From: an uncultured Chloroflexia bacterium
GTDB lineage: Bacteria; Chloroflexota; Dehalococcoidia; DSTF01; JALHUB01
Reading direction: 5' to 3'
DNA length: 64,000 nucleotides
Assembly: GCA_963703345.1 (NCBI GenBank)
Contig: OY969814.1
Span: 1,184,001-1,248,000 of the forward strand
In this document: positions 38,627 to 49,631 of the stretch, in pieces
Position numbering within the stretch: the first letter of the stretch is position 1
Layout: each line of letters begins with the position of its first letter
Notes under the pieces: model-generated
Told to the model about the DNA's origin: nothing
The model's database searches: none
The model's input: only the letters and a program-made list of their open reading frames with translations
Made by a program: the position numbers and the translations under genes

Positions 38627-39970
38627 ATGCTTGCGGCAAAGCGGTTCTCCCTGGTCTTACTTGGATCGCTGCTGCTAGTCGTCCTCGTCGTGGCAGGCTG
38701 CAAAGGGAGCAGCGAGAAGGCGGGCGGCGGCGGCGGGAACACGGCGATAGCTCCCGGCCCGGGCGTCGGCGAAACGGTCGGCGTTACCGACACCTCCGTC
38801 AAGATCGGTACCCTCCAGCCGACAAGCAACACGACCGCCGCGGCCTGGGGCATCCCGATCTCCAAGGGAATGAAGGCCTTCTTCGACTACATCAACGACC
38901 AGGGCGGGATCTATGGTCGGAAGGTGGAGCTCGACATCGGTGACAGCCAGTACACCGGCCCCGTGGCGAGTGAGGCGATCCGAAAGCTCGTCGAGCAAGA
39001 CGGGATATTCGCCCTCCAGGGCATTCTGGGGACAGAAGCCCACCTCGCGGTCTACAAGTATCTCGAGGAGAAGGGCATTCCCGACATGGCCATCCTCACC
39101 GGCGACTCGCTATGGACCGATCCCGTCGCTCACAACCGCTTTGGCTATCTTGTGGACTACACCGATGAAGGCCGGATACTCGGCCGCTACATCGGACAGA
39201 ACTACAACGGCCAGAAGCTTGGCATCCTCGCCCAGAACGATGGATTCGGCAAGGAGGGCGAGAATGGCCTCAAGCTCGGCATACAGGACGCCGGCGCCAC
39301 CATGGAGATGACGACGCAGTACTACGACGCTACGGCAACCGACGTCACCGCCCAGATGCAGCGATTGAAGGCCGACGGGGCGCAGGTCATCGGTTTCTAC
39401 GGCATGCCGGCTCAGGCCGCCAGCGGACTGAAAGCCGCCCACGAGACCCTCAACTGGAAAGTCCCCGTCGTGATCACCGGCGTCAACGCGGTCGAAATCG
39501 TCGGCCTGCTCGCCGGCTACGACAATATCGAGGGCGTGGTCAGCGTCGTCTACGGTCACCAGGCCTTCGAGCATGATTGGCCGGGCATCAAGGAGTACAC
39601 GGACATCCTCGCCAAGTATGCGCCCGACGTGCCGATGGACAATCTGACCCTGACGGGCATGGCCGTCGCCGATTCTACCGTTTCCACTCTGCGGCAGACC
39701 GGCCGGGACCTCACGCGAAGCCGCTTCCTGGACGCCGCCGAATCGACCTGCAACTTCGTGGCCCGCGCCTCTATCGCGCCGTCGAGCACGAGCCCGACCG
39801 ACCACCGGCCGGTGGAGGTCGAGGAATACGTGAGGGCCACGGTCGACAGGACGGATCCCTCTAAACCCAAGTTCACCTGGCAACCGTTCGGCGACATAAT
39901 CACCTTCGAATCGACGAAGAGCTGCACGACGCCAACGCCGCCGCCGGACTTCGACCAGCAGCCGCATTGA
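38627..39970 (+). CDS. Liv-type ABC substrate-binding lipoprotein 2
   Basis: Lipobox VAGC; INDQGGIYGRKV, QNDGFG. Confidence 0.9.
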   Translation: MLAAKRFSLVLLGSLLLVVLVVAGCKGSSEKAGGGGGNTAIAPGPGVGETVGVTDTSVKIGTLQPTSNTTAAAWGIPISKGMKAFFDYINDQGGIYGRKVELDIGDSQYTGPVASEAIRKLVEQDGIFALQGILGTEAHLAVYKYLEEKGIPDMAILTGDSLWTDPVAHNRFGYLVDYTDEGRILGRYIGQNYNGQKLGILAQNDGFGKEGENGLKLGIQDAGATMEMTTQYYDATATDVTAQMQRLKADGAQVIGFYGMPAQAASGLKAAHETLNWKVPVVITGVNAVEIVGLLAGYDNIEGVVSVVYGHQAFEHDWPGIKEYTDILAKYAPDVPMDNLTLTGMAVADSTVSTLRQTGRDLTRSRFLDAAESTCNFVARASIAPSSTSPTDHRPVEVEEYVRATVDRTDPSKPKFTWQPFGDIITFESTKSCTTPTPPPDFDQQPH

Positions 39971-39980
39971 CGCGAGCCAC

Positions 39981-41345
39981 GTGATGGCTATGGCGGGGGG
40001 AACGCGAGGGCGAAGGCACATTCTGGCCGCGGCGCTTTTTGCGCTCCTCCTTCCTTTCGCTGCCTGCCAGAAAACGCCGGAGAGCGCTAGTCCCGACGAC
40101 TCCAATCAGGACACAGACGTCATTGGTAGCGAGATAAAGGTAGGCACGCTCCTGCCCCTGAGCGGCAACCCCGCCGCTGCCTGGGGAGTCGAGATAAGCG
40201 AAGGCATGCAGGCTTATTTCGACTACATCAACGACCACGGCGGGATCTACGGGCGCAAGCTCAAGCTCATCGTCGGTGACGACCAGTACTCCGGCCCCAT
40301 CGCCGCTGAAGTCGTGCGCAAGCTCGTGGAGCAAGACGGCGTCTTCGCCATCCAGGGAAGCCTGGGGACGGAAGCCCACAGCGCCGTCTACAAGTACCTC
40401 GAAGAGCACGGCGTCCCCGACATGTACATCCTCAGCGGCAACAGCAAATGGACCGTGCCCGTGGCCAGGAACCGCTTCTGCGGCCTGGTCGACTACATCA
40501 CGGAGGGGCGCATCTTCGCCCGCTATATCTACCAGAACTTCAACGGCGGCAAGCTGGGCATCATCGCCCAGAACGACGAGTACGGCGCCGAGGGCGAGGA
40601 GGGCATCAGGGAAGGACTCCAGGAGTTGGGCGCCAACGTGGACATCGAGGTCGAGTACTACGACGAATCGCAGACCGACGTCACATCCCAGGTTCAGCGC
40701 CTCAAGGGGGCCGGCGTCGACATCATGGCGTTTTGGGGGGGACCCGTGCAGGCGGCCGCCATGATCAGGACCGCCCGCCAGATCCTGAGTTGGAACGTTC
40801 CGATGATGATCAACAGCACAAACGCCCTCGAAATCGTTGCCCAGCTCGCAGGCTACGACAACATCGAGGGAACGGTGAGCGGGATGATCGGCCACCAGGC
40901 GTGGGAGACGAATATCCCCGCCATAGCGGAGAAGAAAGCTATTATGGGGCAGTATGCGCCCGGCGTTCCTTTCGACAACACCTCGCTGGTCGGCTACACA
41001 GTCTCTGAAGCGTTGGTGGGTCTCGTGAAGCAGGCCGGGCCCAATCTGACCCGCGATGCGTTCCTCCAGGCCGCCGAATCCGTCTGCAAGTACTACGATG
41101 GCACGACACTCGTGCCGGCCAGCACCAGTCCTACAGACCATCGCTTCCTTGAAGGCGAGGTCATGGTGCGCGCCACAACCGATAAGTCCAGCGGCGTCCC
41201 TGCCTTCCGCTGGGTGCCCTTCGGCGACGTTATCGCCTTCGAATCGACAAAGGACTGCGTGGTGCCCACGCCGCCGCCCGGCTCGGAGGACCAGCCCGGG
41301 CCACCGCTCCAGGGCCAGCAGAAAACGCCGACTGCCGCTCCCTGA
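39981..41345 (+). CDS. Liv-type ABC substrate-binding lipoprotein 3
   Basis: Lipobox FAAC; INDHGGIYGRKL, QNDEYG. Confidence 0.9.
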   Translation: MMAMAGGTRGRRHILAAALFALLLPFAACQKTPESASPDDSNQDTDVIGSEIKVGTLLPLSGNPAAAWGVEISEGMQAYFDYINDHGGIYGRKLKLIVGDDQYSGPIAAEVVRKLVEQDGVFAIQGSLGTEAHSAVYKYLEEHGVPDMYILSGNSKWTVPVARNRFCGLVDYITEGRIFARYIYQNFNGGKLGIIAQNDEYGAEGEEGIREGLQELGANVDIEVEYYDESQTDVTSQVQRLKGAGVDIMAFWGGPVQAAAMIRTARQILSWNVPMMINSTNALEIVAQLAGYDNIEGTVSGMIGHQAWETNIPAIAEKKAIMGQYAPGVPFDNTSLVGYTVSEALVGLVKQAGPNLTRDAFLQAAESVCKYYDGTTLVPASTSPTDHRFLEGEVMVRATTDKSSGVPAFRWVPFGDVIAFESTKDCVVPTPPPGSEDQPGPPLQGQQKTPTAAP

Positions 41346-41501
41346 GCCGCGCCGATCCGTGGAAACGCTGTGTGCTGCCTGCAACCCTAGAAGATCGGCG
41401 CCCAAAGCGTGCACGTAAGCCGGATGTGCTGTAGCATTGCGACACGTTCATTTCGTGATGCCGTTTGCCCCGGCATCCGCAGCTAGTGATAGGGGGAGAA
41501 G

Positions 41502-42833
41502 ATGTCGTCGATCATCAAGAAATCGTGCTGGGTTGGGCTTAGCGCAGCCGTGATCGCGGTTGTGCTGTTGATTACCGCCTGCGGAGGGGGCAGCACCTCA
41601 CAGAATACCGAGGGCACCCCGGATACCACCGGCGTGTCCGCCACGGAGATCAAGCTGGGGACTCATTATCCGCTGAGCGGGAATCCGGCAGCCGCCTACG
41701 CGCCCATCGCCTACGGCATGAAGGCGTTCTTCGATTACATCAATGCGCAGGGTGGAGTCTATGGTCGAAAGATAAACTTCATCATCGGCGATGATCACTA
41801 CAACCCGCCGGACACGGTGGAAGTCGTCCACCAGTTGGTCGAGCAGGACGGCGTCTTCGGCATGATCAGCGGGTTGGGCGAAGAGACGCACCTGGCGGTC
41901 TACAAGTACCTCGAAGACAAGGGCATCCCTGATATGTACCTGTCCACCGGCCTCGCGCTATGGACGGACCCGGTTGCCAAGAACCGCTTCGGCGGGAACC
42001 CTGACTACGTGACAGAAGGCACCTACCTCGGCCAATGGATCGCTAAGACGTATCCGAACGCCAAGCTGGGCATTCTGGAGCAAAGCGACCAGCTCGGAGT
42101 GGACGGAGAGACGGGACTGCGCAAGGGTATCGAAGGGACCGGCGTTCAGATAACAGCCATCGAGAAGTACGACGTCGTTCAGTCTGATGTCTCCGCGCAG
42201 ACCCAGCGGTTGAAGAACGATGGCGTTGACGTAGTCGCCGTCTTCGCGATCCCGCCCCAGGCCGCCAGCCTGACCAAGGTCGCGCGGGAGACTCTGAACT
42301 GGCAGGTCCCGATAGTCGTTAGCGGCATCAACTGTAGCGACATCTTCGTCCTGCTCGCCACTGCCAAGGATGCCGAGGGCGTCGTGAGCTTCACGTTCGG
42401 CCGGCAGGCGTCCGAGCCCCAAGACCCGGGCGTCCAGAAGTACGAGCAGATCTGGAACAAGTTCGAGAACGGCGCCAGCGGCGCGATGACCAGTTTCGAA
42501 CTCTACGGCATGTCCATCGCCGAGGCCACCACATGGGACCTGGAGATGGCTGGCAAAGACCTCTCGCGCCAGTCCTTCCTCGACGCCGCGGAGTCGATGT
42601 GCAAGGTCGAATGCACAACCTGTAACGGCTTTGGGACCTGGAATACCAGCCCCACGGACCACAAGATCAACGAGACGTTCATCATCAACGTGGTGAAGAA
42701 CGGCCAATGGACACCTATGGGTGAGACTACCAGCTTTGAATCGACGCCAAACTGTACGCCGAAAACGCCGCCGGCCGGCTTCGATCAGCAGCCCAAACTG
42801 GGATTCGACGCGTCCTACGTCGAAACTCCCTAA
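41502..42833 (+). CDS. Liv-type ABC substrate-binding lipoprotein 4
   Basis: Lipobox ITAC; INAQGGVYGRKI, DDHYNP. Confidence 0.9.
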   Translation: MSSIIKKSCWVGLSAAVIAVVLLITACGGGSTSQNTEGTPDTTGVSATEIKLGTHYPLSGNPAAAYAPIAYGMKAFFDYINAQGGVYGRKINFIIGDDHYNPPDTVEVVHQLVEQDGVFGMISGLGEETHLAVYKYLEDKGIPDMYLSTGLALWTDPVAKNRFGGNPDYVTEGTYLGQWIAKTYPNAKLGILEQSDQLGVDGETGLRKGIEGTGVQITAIEKYDVVQSDVSAQTQRLKNDGVDVVAVFAIPPQAASLTKVARETLNWQVPIVVSGINCSDIFVLLATAKDAEGVVSFTFGRQASEPQDPGVQKYEQIWNKFENGASGAMTSFELYGMSIAEATTWDLEMAGKDLSRQSFLDAAESMCKVECTTCNGFGTWNTSPTDHKINETFIINVVKNGQWTPMGETTSFESTPNCTPKTPPAGFDQQPKLGFDASYVETP

Positions 42834-43030
42834 ACCCGAAGTATTATGATAGCGAAGAGTGGCGGGCAGCGATGCCCGCCCTCTTGTCGTTCGACCCTCG
42901 GACGATGCGGTCACGGCGTCGAAGTTGTTCGTCATGCGTTTGCGGCGTACTATTTGGTCAGGCCGCATCAGGTGGGTTCGTGAGGTGGTCCTCCACACGG
43001 TCGGAGTCCCACTGGTATGGAGGTTGAAGA

Positions 43031-44416
43031 ATGTCGTCGGTCAGGAAACTGCGCTCTACCGTTGTGGTCGTTTTCCTTGTTGCCGTCACTGCCCTGATCG
43101 CCTCATGCGGCGGGGGGAACGGGTCTCCGGGCGCCGGCGTGACGACGGAGGGGAGCGCGGGACGGCCCGTAGTGCAGCTTCCGGGCCCCACGTTGACGGC
43201 TGAGGCGCTTGACACGACCGGAGTGACAGACAACGAGATCAAGGTGGGCACTCATTTTCCTCTGAGCGGGAACCCGGCAGCCGCCTACGCCCCAATCGCC
43301 TTCGGCATAAAGGCGTTCTTCGACTACATCAACGCCCAGGGCGGCGTCTACGGTCGAAAGATCGACTTCATCATAGGTGACGACCACTACAACCCGCCGG
43401 ACACCGTTGAAGTCGTCAAGAAACTGGTCGAGCAGGACGGAGTCTTCGCTATCGTCGGCGGCCTGGGAGAGGCCACGCATAGCGCGGTCTGGAAGTACCT
43501 GGAGGAGAAGGGTGTGCCGGACATGTTCGTCACCACCGGGCTCGACAAATGGACGAACCCGACGGTGAGGACGCGCTTCGCCGGCAACCCCGACTATATG
43601 ACGGAGGGCATGATCCTGGGCCAGTACATCGTGAAGAACTATCCTGAGGCAAGGGTGGGCGTCCTTCGCCAGAGCGACGAGCTTGGCCAGGAGGGGGAGA
43701 ACGGCCTGCGCAAAGCGATAGATGGCACAAGCGTCAAGATAGCGGCCGTGGAGAACTATGACGTGATTCAGTCCGATGTCACCGCTCAGACCGAGCGCCT
43801 GAAGAATGCGAACGTCGACGTGCTGATTGCTTATGCTATTCCCCCGCAGGCAGCCAGCATGGTGAAGGCGGCCCGCGAGACGCTGAGCTGGGACGTCCCC
43901 ATCCTCGTCAGCGGCATCAACTGCAGCGACATCTTCGTCGCCCTGACAGGCGCCAAGGACGCCGAGGGCGTGGTGAGCGTAGTCTTCGGCCCGATGGTAT
44001 CCGAGACCGACAACCCGGCGGTCCAAAAATACCAGAAGATCTGGGACAAATTCGGCTCGGGTGGAGCACTCAGCAACTTCTCCTTCTACGGCATGAACGA
44101 CGGCGAAATGATGGTGCATCTCCTCGAGATGGCCGGGCCAAACCTGACGCGCGGCTCCTTCCTCGATGCCGCCGAATCGCAATGCGGCTTCGTGTGCTCG
44201 GGCTGCACCAACCTCGGGCCCCAGAACATGAGCCCGAGCGATCACCGTCCGATTGAGGATGAGATGTACGCCCAGGTCAAGGACGGGGCGTGGGTGAAGA
44301 TCAGTGATCCCATCGGGTTTGAGTCGACTCCCAACTGCACGGTGCCGACGCCGCCGCCCGATTTCGACAAGCAGCCGAAGGTTGGGGCCGACACGCCCTT
44401 CGTCGAAACGCCCTAA
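43031..44416 (+). CDS. Liv-type ABC substrate-binding lipoprotein 5
   Basis: Lipobox IASC; INAQGGVYGRKI, DDHYNP; close paralog of no. 4. Confidence 0.9.
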   Translation: MSSVRKLRSTVVVVFLVAVTALIASCGGGNGSPGAGVTTEGSAGRPVVQLPGPTLTAEALDTTGVTDNEIKVGTHFPLSGNPAAAYAPIAFGIKAFFDYINAQGGVYGRKIDFIIGDDHYNPPDTVEVVKKLVEQDGVFAIVGGLGEATHSAVWKYLEEKGVPDMFVTTGLDKWTNPTVRTRFAGNPDYMTEGMILGQYIVKNYPEARVGVLRQSDELGQEGENGLRKAIDGTSVKIAAVENYDVIQSDVTAQTERLKNANVDVLIAYAIPPQAASMVKAARETLSWDVPILVSGINCSDIFVALTGAKDAEGVVSVVFGPMVSETDNPAVQKYQKIWDKFGSGGALSNFSFYGMNDGEMMVHLLEMAGPNLTRGSFLDAAESQCGFVCSGCTNLGPQNMSPSDHRPIEDEMYAQVKDGAWVKISDPIGFESTPNCTVPTPPPDFDKQPKVGADTPFVETP

Positions 44417-44614
44417 CGCCACGGTACGAGCGCTCAGGCATTCCTAGCATCAGCCCCTAGGGAGCTGTGGGATGTACAATGGAGTCGAGGGCGGCGCAGG
44501 CTGCCTTCGGCGATCTCGTCAGTCCGAGTCGTCGGAGAGCCGAGGCCCGTGACGCCGCCCGGTCGGAAGGCGATTCACACCAGGTCGTAGGAAGACGGCC
44601 TCCCCAAAGGCAGG

Positions 44615-46258
44615 ATGCGCCCTCGCAGCTACTGGTTCATCGTTGCTGCTGCCTCTTTCGGCTTCTTCATGGCTATCCTGGACACATCGATAGTCACAAT
44701 CGCCGTCCCCACAATCGAGCGGTCCCTCAAAACGAACATCGATAACGTTACCTGGGTCCTCAATGCTTACAACCTGGTCTTCGCCGTGCTGCTCATCCCC
44801 GCGGGCCGTGTCGCCGATCGGGTGGGACGCAAGAAGCTGTTCATCACCGGTCTCGTCATCTTCACAGTCTTCTCGCTGGCCTGCGGATTTGCCCATCAGA
44901 TAGGGCTGCTGATAGCGGCTCGTGCCTTGCAGGCCGTCGGCGGCGCAATCATGGTCCCCGTGAGCCTCGCCATCCTTGTCGTGGCGGTGCCGCCGCAGCA
45001 GCGGGGAGCGGCAATCGGCATCTGGGGCGCGATAAACGGTGTCGCCAGTGCCGTAGGGCCCACGCTGGGGGGAGTCCTGACACAATATGTGGGCTGGGAG
45101 TGGATATTCTTTATTAACGTACCAATCGGGATAATCGGTGTGCTCGCCTGCCTCTACATCATCCCGGAGTCGCGCGATCCGGAGCAGAGCCAGGGGGTTG
45201 ACTATCCGGGCGTCGTCTTCCTTTCGGTGTCTCTATTCACGCTCACGCTTGCGTTGATACGCGGCGAAACGAACGGCTGGTCGTCCCCGTTCGTCCTCAG
45301 CCTGTTCGCGACGTTCGCGATCACTGGCGTCTTGTTCGTTGTGACCGAGAGCCACGTCACGGACCCTCTCGTCGATCTGCGGATGCTCAAACAGAGGACG
45401 TTCAGCGCCGCCAACGCGACCGTGTTGCTCCTCGGCGTGGGCTTCTTCGGCTCTCTCTTCCTTGGCATCCAGTACCTGACGGTCGTGCTTGGCTACTCCG
45501 TGCTGCACGCCGCGCTTGCCATCACGCCGTTTCCCGCGACGATCGCAGTCGTGGCGCCGATTGCCGGGCGGCTGAGCGATCGTTTTGGTCCACGAGGCGT
45601 CGTGCCGGCGGGGCTGTTCATCTTCGGGCTTGCCTTGTTCTTCTACGCGTATCTGCCGGCAAACGCCAGCTATGTGCACGTTTTCTGGCGATTGGTCCTC
45701 GCCGGGTTTGGCACCGGTCTGGCCTTTCCGCCGCTGGCCTCCTCGGCCATGGGAGCGGTCTTCAGAGGGAAGCAAGGCGTCGGTGCGGGCGTTTTCAACG
45801 CGTCGCGACAGATCGGCTTCACGCTGGGACTGGCGGTGCTGGTGGCTGTCTTCCTGGGAGCGCTGCACCCGCGTCTTAGCAATGCCCAGGCGCAGGCTAC
45901 CGCACTCGTGCAGCAGTCCAACCTGCCCGACCCCGTAAAGCAGGGGATCATCCAGGGGATAGACAACGCCGTCTCCACCAGTTCAGCGGAGGCGGCGCAA
46001 TCGGGCGAGCAGCAGAAGTTCCAGCTCTACGACGCCGTCAAGCAGATGGCGGGGGCGCAAGTCGCCGACGCGAATCGTGCCACGCTCGACCGCCTTTCGC
46101 AGCAGTTGCAGAAGATCTTCGCTCAGGCAGCAGCGTCTTCCTTCGACCGGGCGTTCCTGGTGGGCTGGCTCATCGTCTGGCTGTCCGCGGTCACTGCTCT
46201 GCTGATCCCGTTGACCGTCCGTCCGCTTGGAACGCAAGCGAGTCCGGGCGGCGGCTGA
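44615..46258 (+). CDS. MFS transporter, DHA2 (EmrB/QacA) family
   Basis: FMAILDTSIV.IAVP, W..NAYNL.FA, GRVADRVGRK, WEWIFFINVPIG; ~14 TM. Confidence 0.92.
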   Translation: MRPRSYWFIVAAASFGFFMAILDTSIVTIAVPTIERSLKTNIDNVTWVLNAYNLVFAVLLIPAGRVADRVGRKKLFITGLVIFTVFSLACGFAHQIGLLIAARALQAVGGAIMVPVSLAILVVAVPPQQRGAAIGIWGAINGVASAVGPTLGGVLTQYVGWEWIFFINVPIGIIGVLACLYIIPESRDPEQSQGVDYPGVVFLSVSLFTLTLALIRGETNGWSSPFVLSLFATFAITGVLFVVTESHVTDPLVDLRMLKQRTFSAANATVLLLGVGFFGSLFLGIQYLTVVLGYSVLHAALAITPFPATIAVVAPIAGRLSDRFGPRGVVPAGLFIFGLALFFYAYLPANASYVHVFWRLVLAGFGTGLAFPPLASSAMGAVFRGKQGVGAGVFNASRQIGFTLGLAVLVAVFLGALHPRLSNAQAQATALVQQSNLPDPVKQGIIQGIDNAVSTSSAEAAQSGEQQKFQLYDAVKQMAGAQVADANRATLDRLSQQLQKIFAQAAASSFDRAFLVGWLIVWLSAVTALLIPLTVRPLGTQASPGGG

Positions 46259-46382
46259 TCTCGCGGTCGCAGTCCTGGGCTCACAGGAACACAACGATCG
46301 CGGGGTTCCGGCAAGCGCGGGGCGCACTGGAAGCCGTTTCTGTCGTTTTCGCTCCGAGCGCATCGATGGCTACGGCAAGGAC

Positions 46383-46450
46383 GAAATATGAGAAATATGG
46401 AAAAATAGGTAGGGCAACCCTCTTGACAAAGCGTGGGACTGTAGTATACT
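46383..46450 (+). promoter_or_regulatory. Promoter TTGACA-N16-TATACT with upstream direct repeats
   Basis: -35 at 46423-46428, -10 at 46445-46450; gaaatatg at 46383 and 46392 plus gaaaaatagg. Confidence 0.65.
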
Positions 46451-46559
46451 CCGTGTAACTGGTGGCCCAGAATCTCCCCGCCTTTCGCAGCTAACGCCTG
46501 CCGTTGAGCCTTTGGTGGCTGGTATCCCGACCGCCGTTAGTTGCTTGTGGTAGGACGCC

Positions 46560-49073
46560 ATGAGATCAATTAAGCACAGAATAACCAAAGGTCTTCGCTC
46601 TCCACTTTTCTGGCCGGCAGGAATCGGCATTGCTGCGCTCTTGGCGACCGCGGCCCTTGCGCTGTTTGGTCCTCAGGGCGGCCGCGCCGAAGCCTACACG
46701 ATCACCAGCGATGGGAAGATCATGATCCTCGCCAGCCATGTGCAGGTCGAGGTCAACTGCTACGAAGCCTCGTATGACAACCTCTTCGGCATACAATCCC
46801 CTTCGCCTGTGCAGGGCGGCCAGCCCTCGCCGCGGGACCTCTTCTATTGCAAGGACCCGAACCACCAGGGTATCCCACTCGACATCGGGACCTTCAACGC
46901 CGGGGAGCTCGAGTTTCGAATCACGACGCCCCCACAATCCCCCGGTAACCAGCCCTACACCTGGCTTACGGGGCCTGCTGCCCGCAACGCCGACAACTTC
47001 CAGCACGACCAGTTGGTCCACGAGTCCGACACAGTGGTCAGGATCATGTGGGAAGACCTCTACGGCGGCGGCGACCAGGACTACAACGACTGCGAAGTTG
47101 ACGTGACGATCGTGGAGCTGGCGACGCCGACCGCGACCGCCACGAACACGCCGACGAACACGCCCACGGACGGCAACGTGAAGGCGTTCGCTGCGCCAGA
47201 CGGAGTAACGTTTACGTTGAAGGAGACTCGGTACTCGGCTGCCGGTTGCAGCGGAACCGGGGACACTTCGCCGCCATTCGGAACGAAGACCGGAGTCGAC
47301 TCGCATAACGGCGACACGGTGGGCATCGGCGACGTAGAGTCCGTCAAGCTGGAGGCTGCGGCCACCTCGGATCAGGGGGGGGCATTTAGCGAGTGGACGA
47401 GCAGTTATCCCTTCACCGACCTCGGTGGGGGCGTGATCTGCGTGAACGGCTTCCCAGGAAACGGCACCCACGAATACTACGCCCACTACGGCGGGACGCC
47501 GACGCTCACGCCGACGCTCACGCCGACGCTCACGCCGACGCTCACGCCGACGCTCACGCCGACGCTCACGCCGACGCTCACGCCGACGCTCACGCCGACG
47601 CTCACGCCGACGCTCACGCCGACGCTCACGCCGACGCTCACGCCGACGCTCACGCCGACGCTCACGCCGACGCTCACGCCGACGATCACGAACACGCCGA
47701 TGGACACGTGGACGCCAACTGCAACGACCACGCAGACTCCGCCAGACACCTTCACGCCGACGGACACGCCGACGCTCACGCCGACGAACACGCCGACGGA
47801 CACGCCGACGCTCACGCCGACGGACACGCCGACGAACACGCCGACGATTACGCCGACGATCACGCCGACGATTACGCCGACGATTACGCCGACGATTACG
47901 CCGACGATTACGCCGACGCTTACGCCGACGCGAACGCCGACGAATACGCCGACGAACACGCCGACGAACACGCCGACGAACACGCCGACGAACACGCCGA
48001 CGAACACGCCGACGAACACGCCGACGAACACGCCGACGAACACGCCGACGAACACGCCGATTCCCGGCGTGAAGATGGTGAAGGACGCCAACATCGACAC
48101 GGGGGGTGTCCAGGACAGCGGCATCCTGTGGCTCACGAAGGCCGGTTGCTGGAAGACGAACCCGGACGGCTCGCTATATGTGAACGATCTGGGCCAGTAC
48201 GAAGTTGACCCGGCGAAGGCCCTCGTCAGCAAGGGCGAGGGCTGCCTGGAGATTGACGAGTGGGTCTACGGCATCTTCGACAAAGACAACACCAACGACT
48301 CCGATAACGTTCCTGAGGGACTCGGCGCCTGGGAGCACGAGATCTACTGGGACAAGCAGTTCGTGTCTGTGACAACGGCTCCGGACAACGAGTACATCAC
48401 CAGCGGTGGCCGCCAGGTCAATGTTAACCCTGGCCCCCTTAGCGGCTGCTTAGTCAGCGTCACGAACGAGAACTCGATTCTCGAGGGATGCGTGACCAAG
48501 GATGCGTTGGCCTGGGTGTACGACCCGGTGACGCAGACGTGGTCGTTGGTGCCGCAGAACAAGCCCGGACCTAACGGGTGCCAGGTGGGTGTTGACCCCG
48601 GCTGCACAGTCAGCAGACCGGACGGACTGCTGGCGCGGATCTACATCACGCCGAACCTGGCCAACCTGATCTACACTGCTCACTTCCGGCCGACGAAGGA
48701 CAACGGCGTGGTAACCACCGTCGCCGACAAGGACTGCGAGGTTACCGACACCCAGAGCGAGCAGATCCCGGGCACTCTTTCCGGCCAGCTAACGCCCGTG
48801 TGCGGCAGCGCCTTCATCACCATTCGCATGCTCGAAGGTGACCTCAACCTCGACTGTACGGTCGATGTTGCGGACGACCAGGCAGAGGCCTTCCGGTACG
48901 GCTTGACTCTCGGCCTACAGGGCTACGACCAGTGGTACGACCTGGAGCCGGCCTCTTCCGACAACGATGTCGACGTCAAAGACCTGCAGTTCGTGTTTGG
49001 TCGCAACTACAGCACCTGCGACCTGCCCCTACCTGACGACCAGGCTACTCCTGCGCCGCATGTAGACCCGTAA
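46560..49073 (+). CDS. Secreted Thr-Pro-repeat surface protein with an N-terminal DUF4114-like motif and a C-terminal dockerin-like domain
   Basis: Signal peptide ending AEA; [14 protein letters not shown]; ~190 aa of TPTx repeats; [14 protein letters not shown]...YDLEP...[15 protein letters not shown]. Confidence 0.85.
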   Translation: MRSIKHRITKGLRSPLFWPAGIGIAALLATAALALFGPQGGRAEAYTITSDGKIMILASHVQVEVNCYEASYDNLFGIQSPSPVQGGQPSPRDLFYCKDPNHQGIPLDIGTFNAGELEFRITTPPQSPGNQPYTWLTGPAARNADNFQHDQLVHESDTVVRIMWEDLYGGGDQDYNDCEVDVTIVELATPTATATNTPTNTPTDGNVKAFAAPDGVTFTLKETRYSAAGCSGTGDTSPPFGTKTGVDSHNGDTVGIGDVESVKLEAAATSDQGGAFSEWTSSYPFTDLGGGVICVNGFPGNGTHEYYAHYGGTPTLTPTLTPTLTPTLTPTLTPTLTPTLTPTLTPTLTPTLTPTLTPTLTPTLTPTLTPTLTPTITNTPMDTWTPTATTTQTPPDTFTPTDTPTLTPTNTPTDTPTLTPTDTPTNTPTITPTITPTITPTITPTITPTITPTLTPTRTPTNTPTNTPTNTPTNTPTNTPTNTPTNTPTNTPTNTPTNTPIPGVKMVKDANIDTGGVQDSGILWLTKAGCWKTNPDGSLYVNDLGQYEVDPAKALVSKGEGCLEIDEWVYGIFDKDNTNDSDNVPEGLGAWEHEIYWDKQFVSVTTAPDNEYITSGGRQVNVNPGPLSGCLVSVTNENSILEGCVTKDALAWVYDPVTQTWSLVPQNKPGPNGCQVGVDPGCTVSRPDGLLARIYITPNLANLIYTAHFRPTKDNGVVTTVADKDCEVTDTQSEQIPGTLSGQLTPVCGSAFITIRMLEGDLNLDCTVDVADDQAEAFRYGLTLGLQGYDQWYDLEPASSDNDVDVKDLQFVFGRNYSTCDLPLPDDQATPAPHVDP
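47496..48062 (+). repeat. Coding 12-bp VNTR ([12 protein letters not shown])
   Basis: 15 perfect acgccgacgctc copies at 47496-47675; 9 perfect acgccgacgaac copies at 47946-48053; variant units between. Confidence 0.97.
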
Positions 49074-49118
49074 GCGAACAGGACAAGTCGAAGTCCAGGT
49101 ATAGACTGGAGCAATGAA

Positions 49119-49170
49119 TTGGCGGGGGAGCGCCGATCCAGAAGTGGAGCGGCTCCCCCGCCAAAAAATT
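49119..49170. terminator. Putative terminator hairpin downstream of the Thr-Pro protein
   Basis: ttggcgggggagc ... gctcccccgccaa followed by an A-run. Confidence 0.6.
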
Positions 49171-49263
49171 AGCGATGGGCGGACCATCACGGGCTAGCTT
49201 CGCAGCCGGAAGCCGGTTCGAGATGCAGCCGAAGGAGAGGACCGTGGCCTGAGGGAGGCGCGT

Positions 49264-49570
49264 GTGGTGCGGCACTATTTGCCCGCATCACCGCCGTTGC
49301 TGCTATCGGCGCTTCTCGACAGGCGGGAGCGGGCACATTCGGCATTTCCTTTCTCGGCGCCGCGCGGTCGCCGGTACTACCTCGGTCGCAACGCCCTCTG
49401 GCACGGCCTCCGCTCACTCCGTCTCGACGCGGGCGACGAAGCGCTCGTGCCTGCCTACAACTCCGGCGCCGAGGTCGATGCGATAATCGCAGCCGGTCTC
49501 GTGCCGTGCTTCTTTCGCGTCGGCCTCGAACTCATGCCGGACCTCCGCGACATGCAACAGCGCGTCTCCC
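49264..49570 (+). pseudogene. N-terminal fragment of a DegT/DnrJ/EryC1/StrS-like PLP enzyme
   Basis: GRNALWHGL...GDEALVPAYN..AEVDAII..G; similarity ends after ~100 aa. Confidence 0.65.
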
Positions 49571-49631
49571 GTCCGCGTTGGAGACGTCAATGCGAGGCAA
49601 ATTCAAGGACGGGCGAGAAGACTCGTTATCC

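Noticed and set aside
47393-48232. ORFs with HADA/HADE and VGVS repeats
   Set aside because: Alternative-frame and antisense readings of the TPTx VNTR in the 46560-49073 gene
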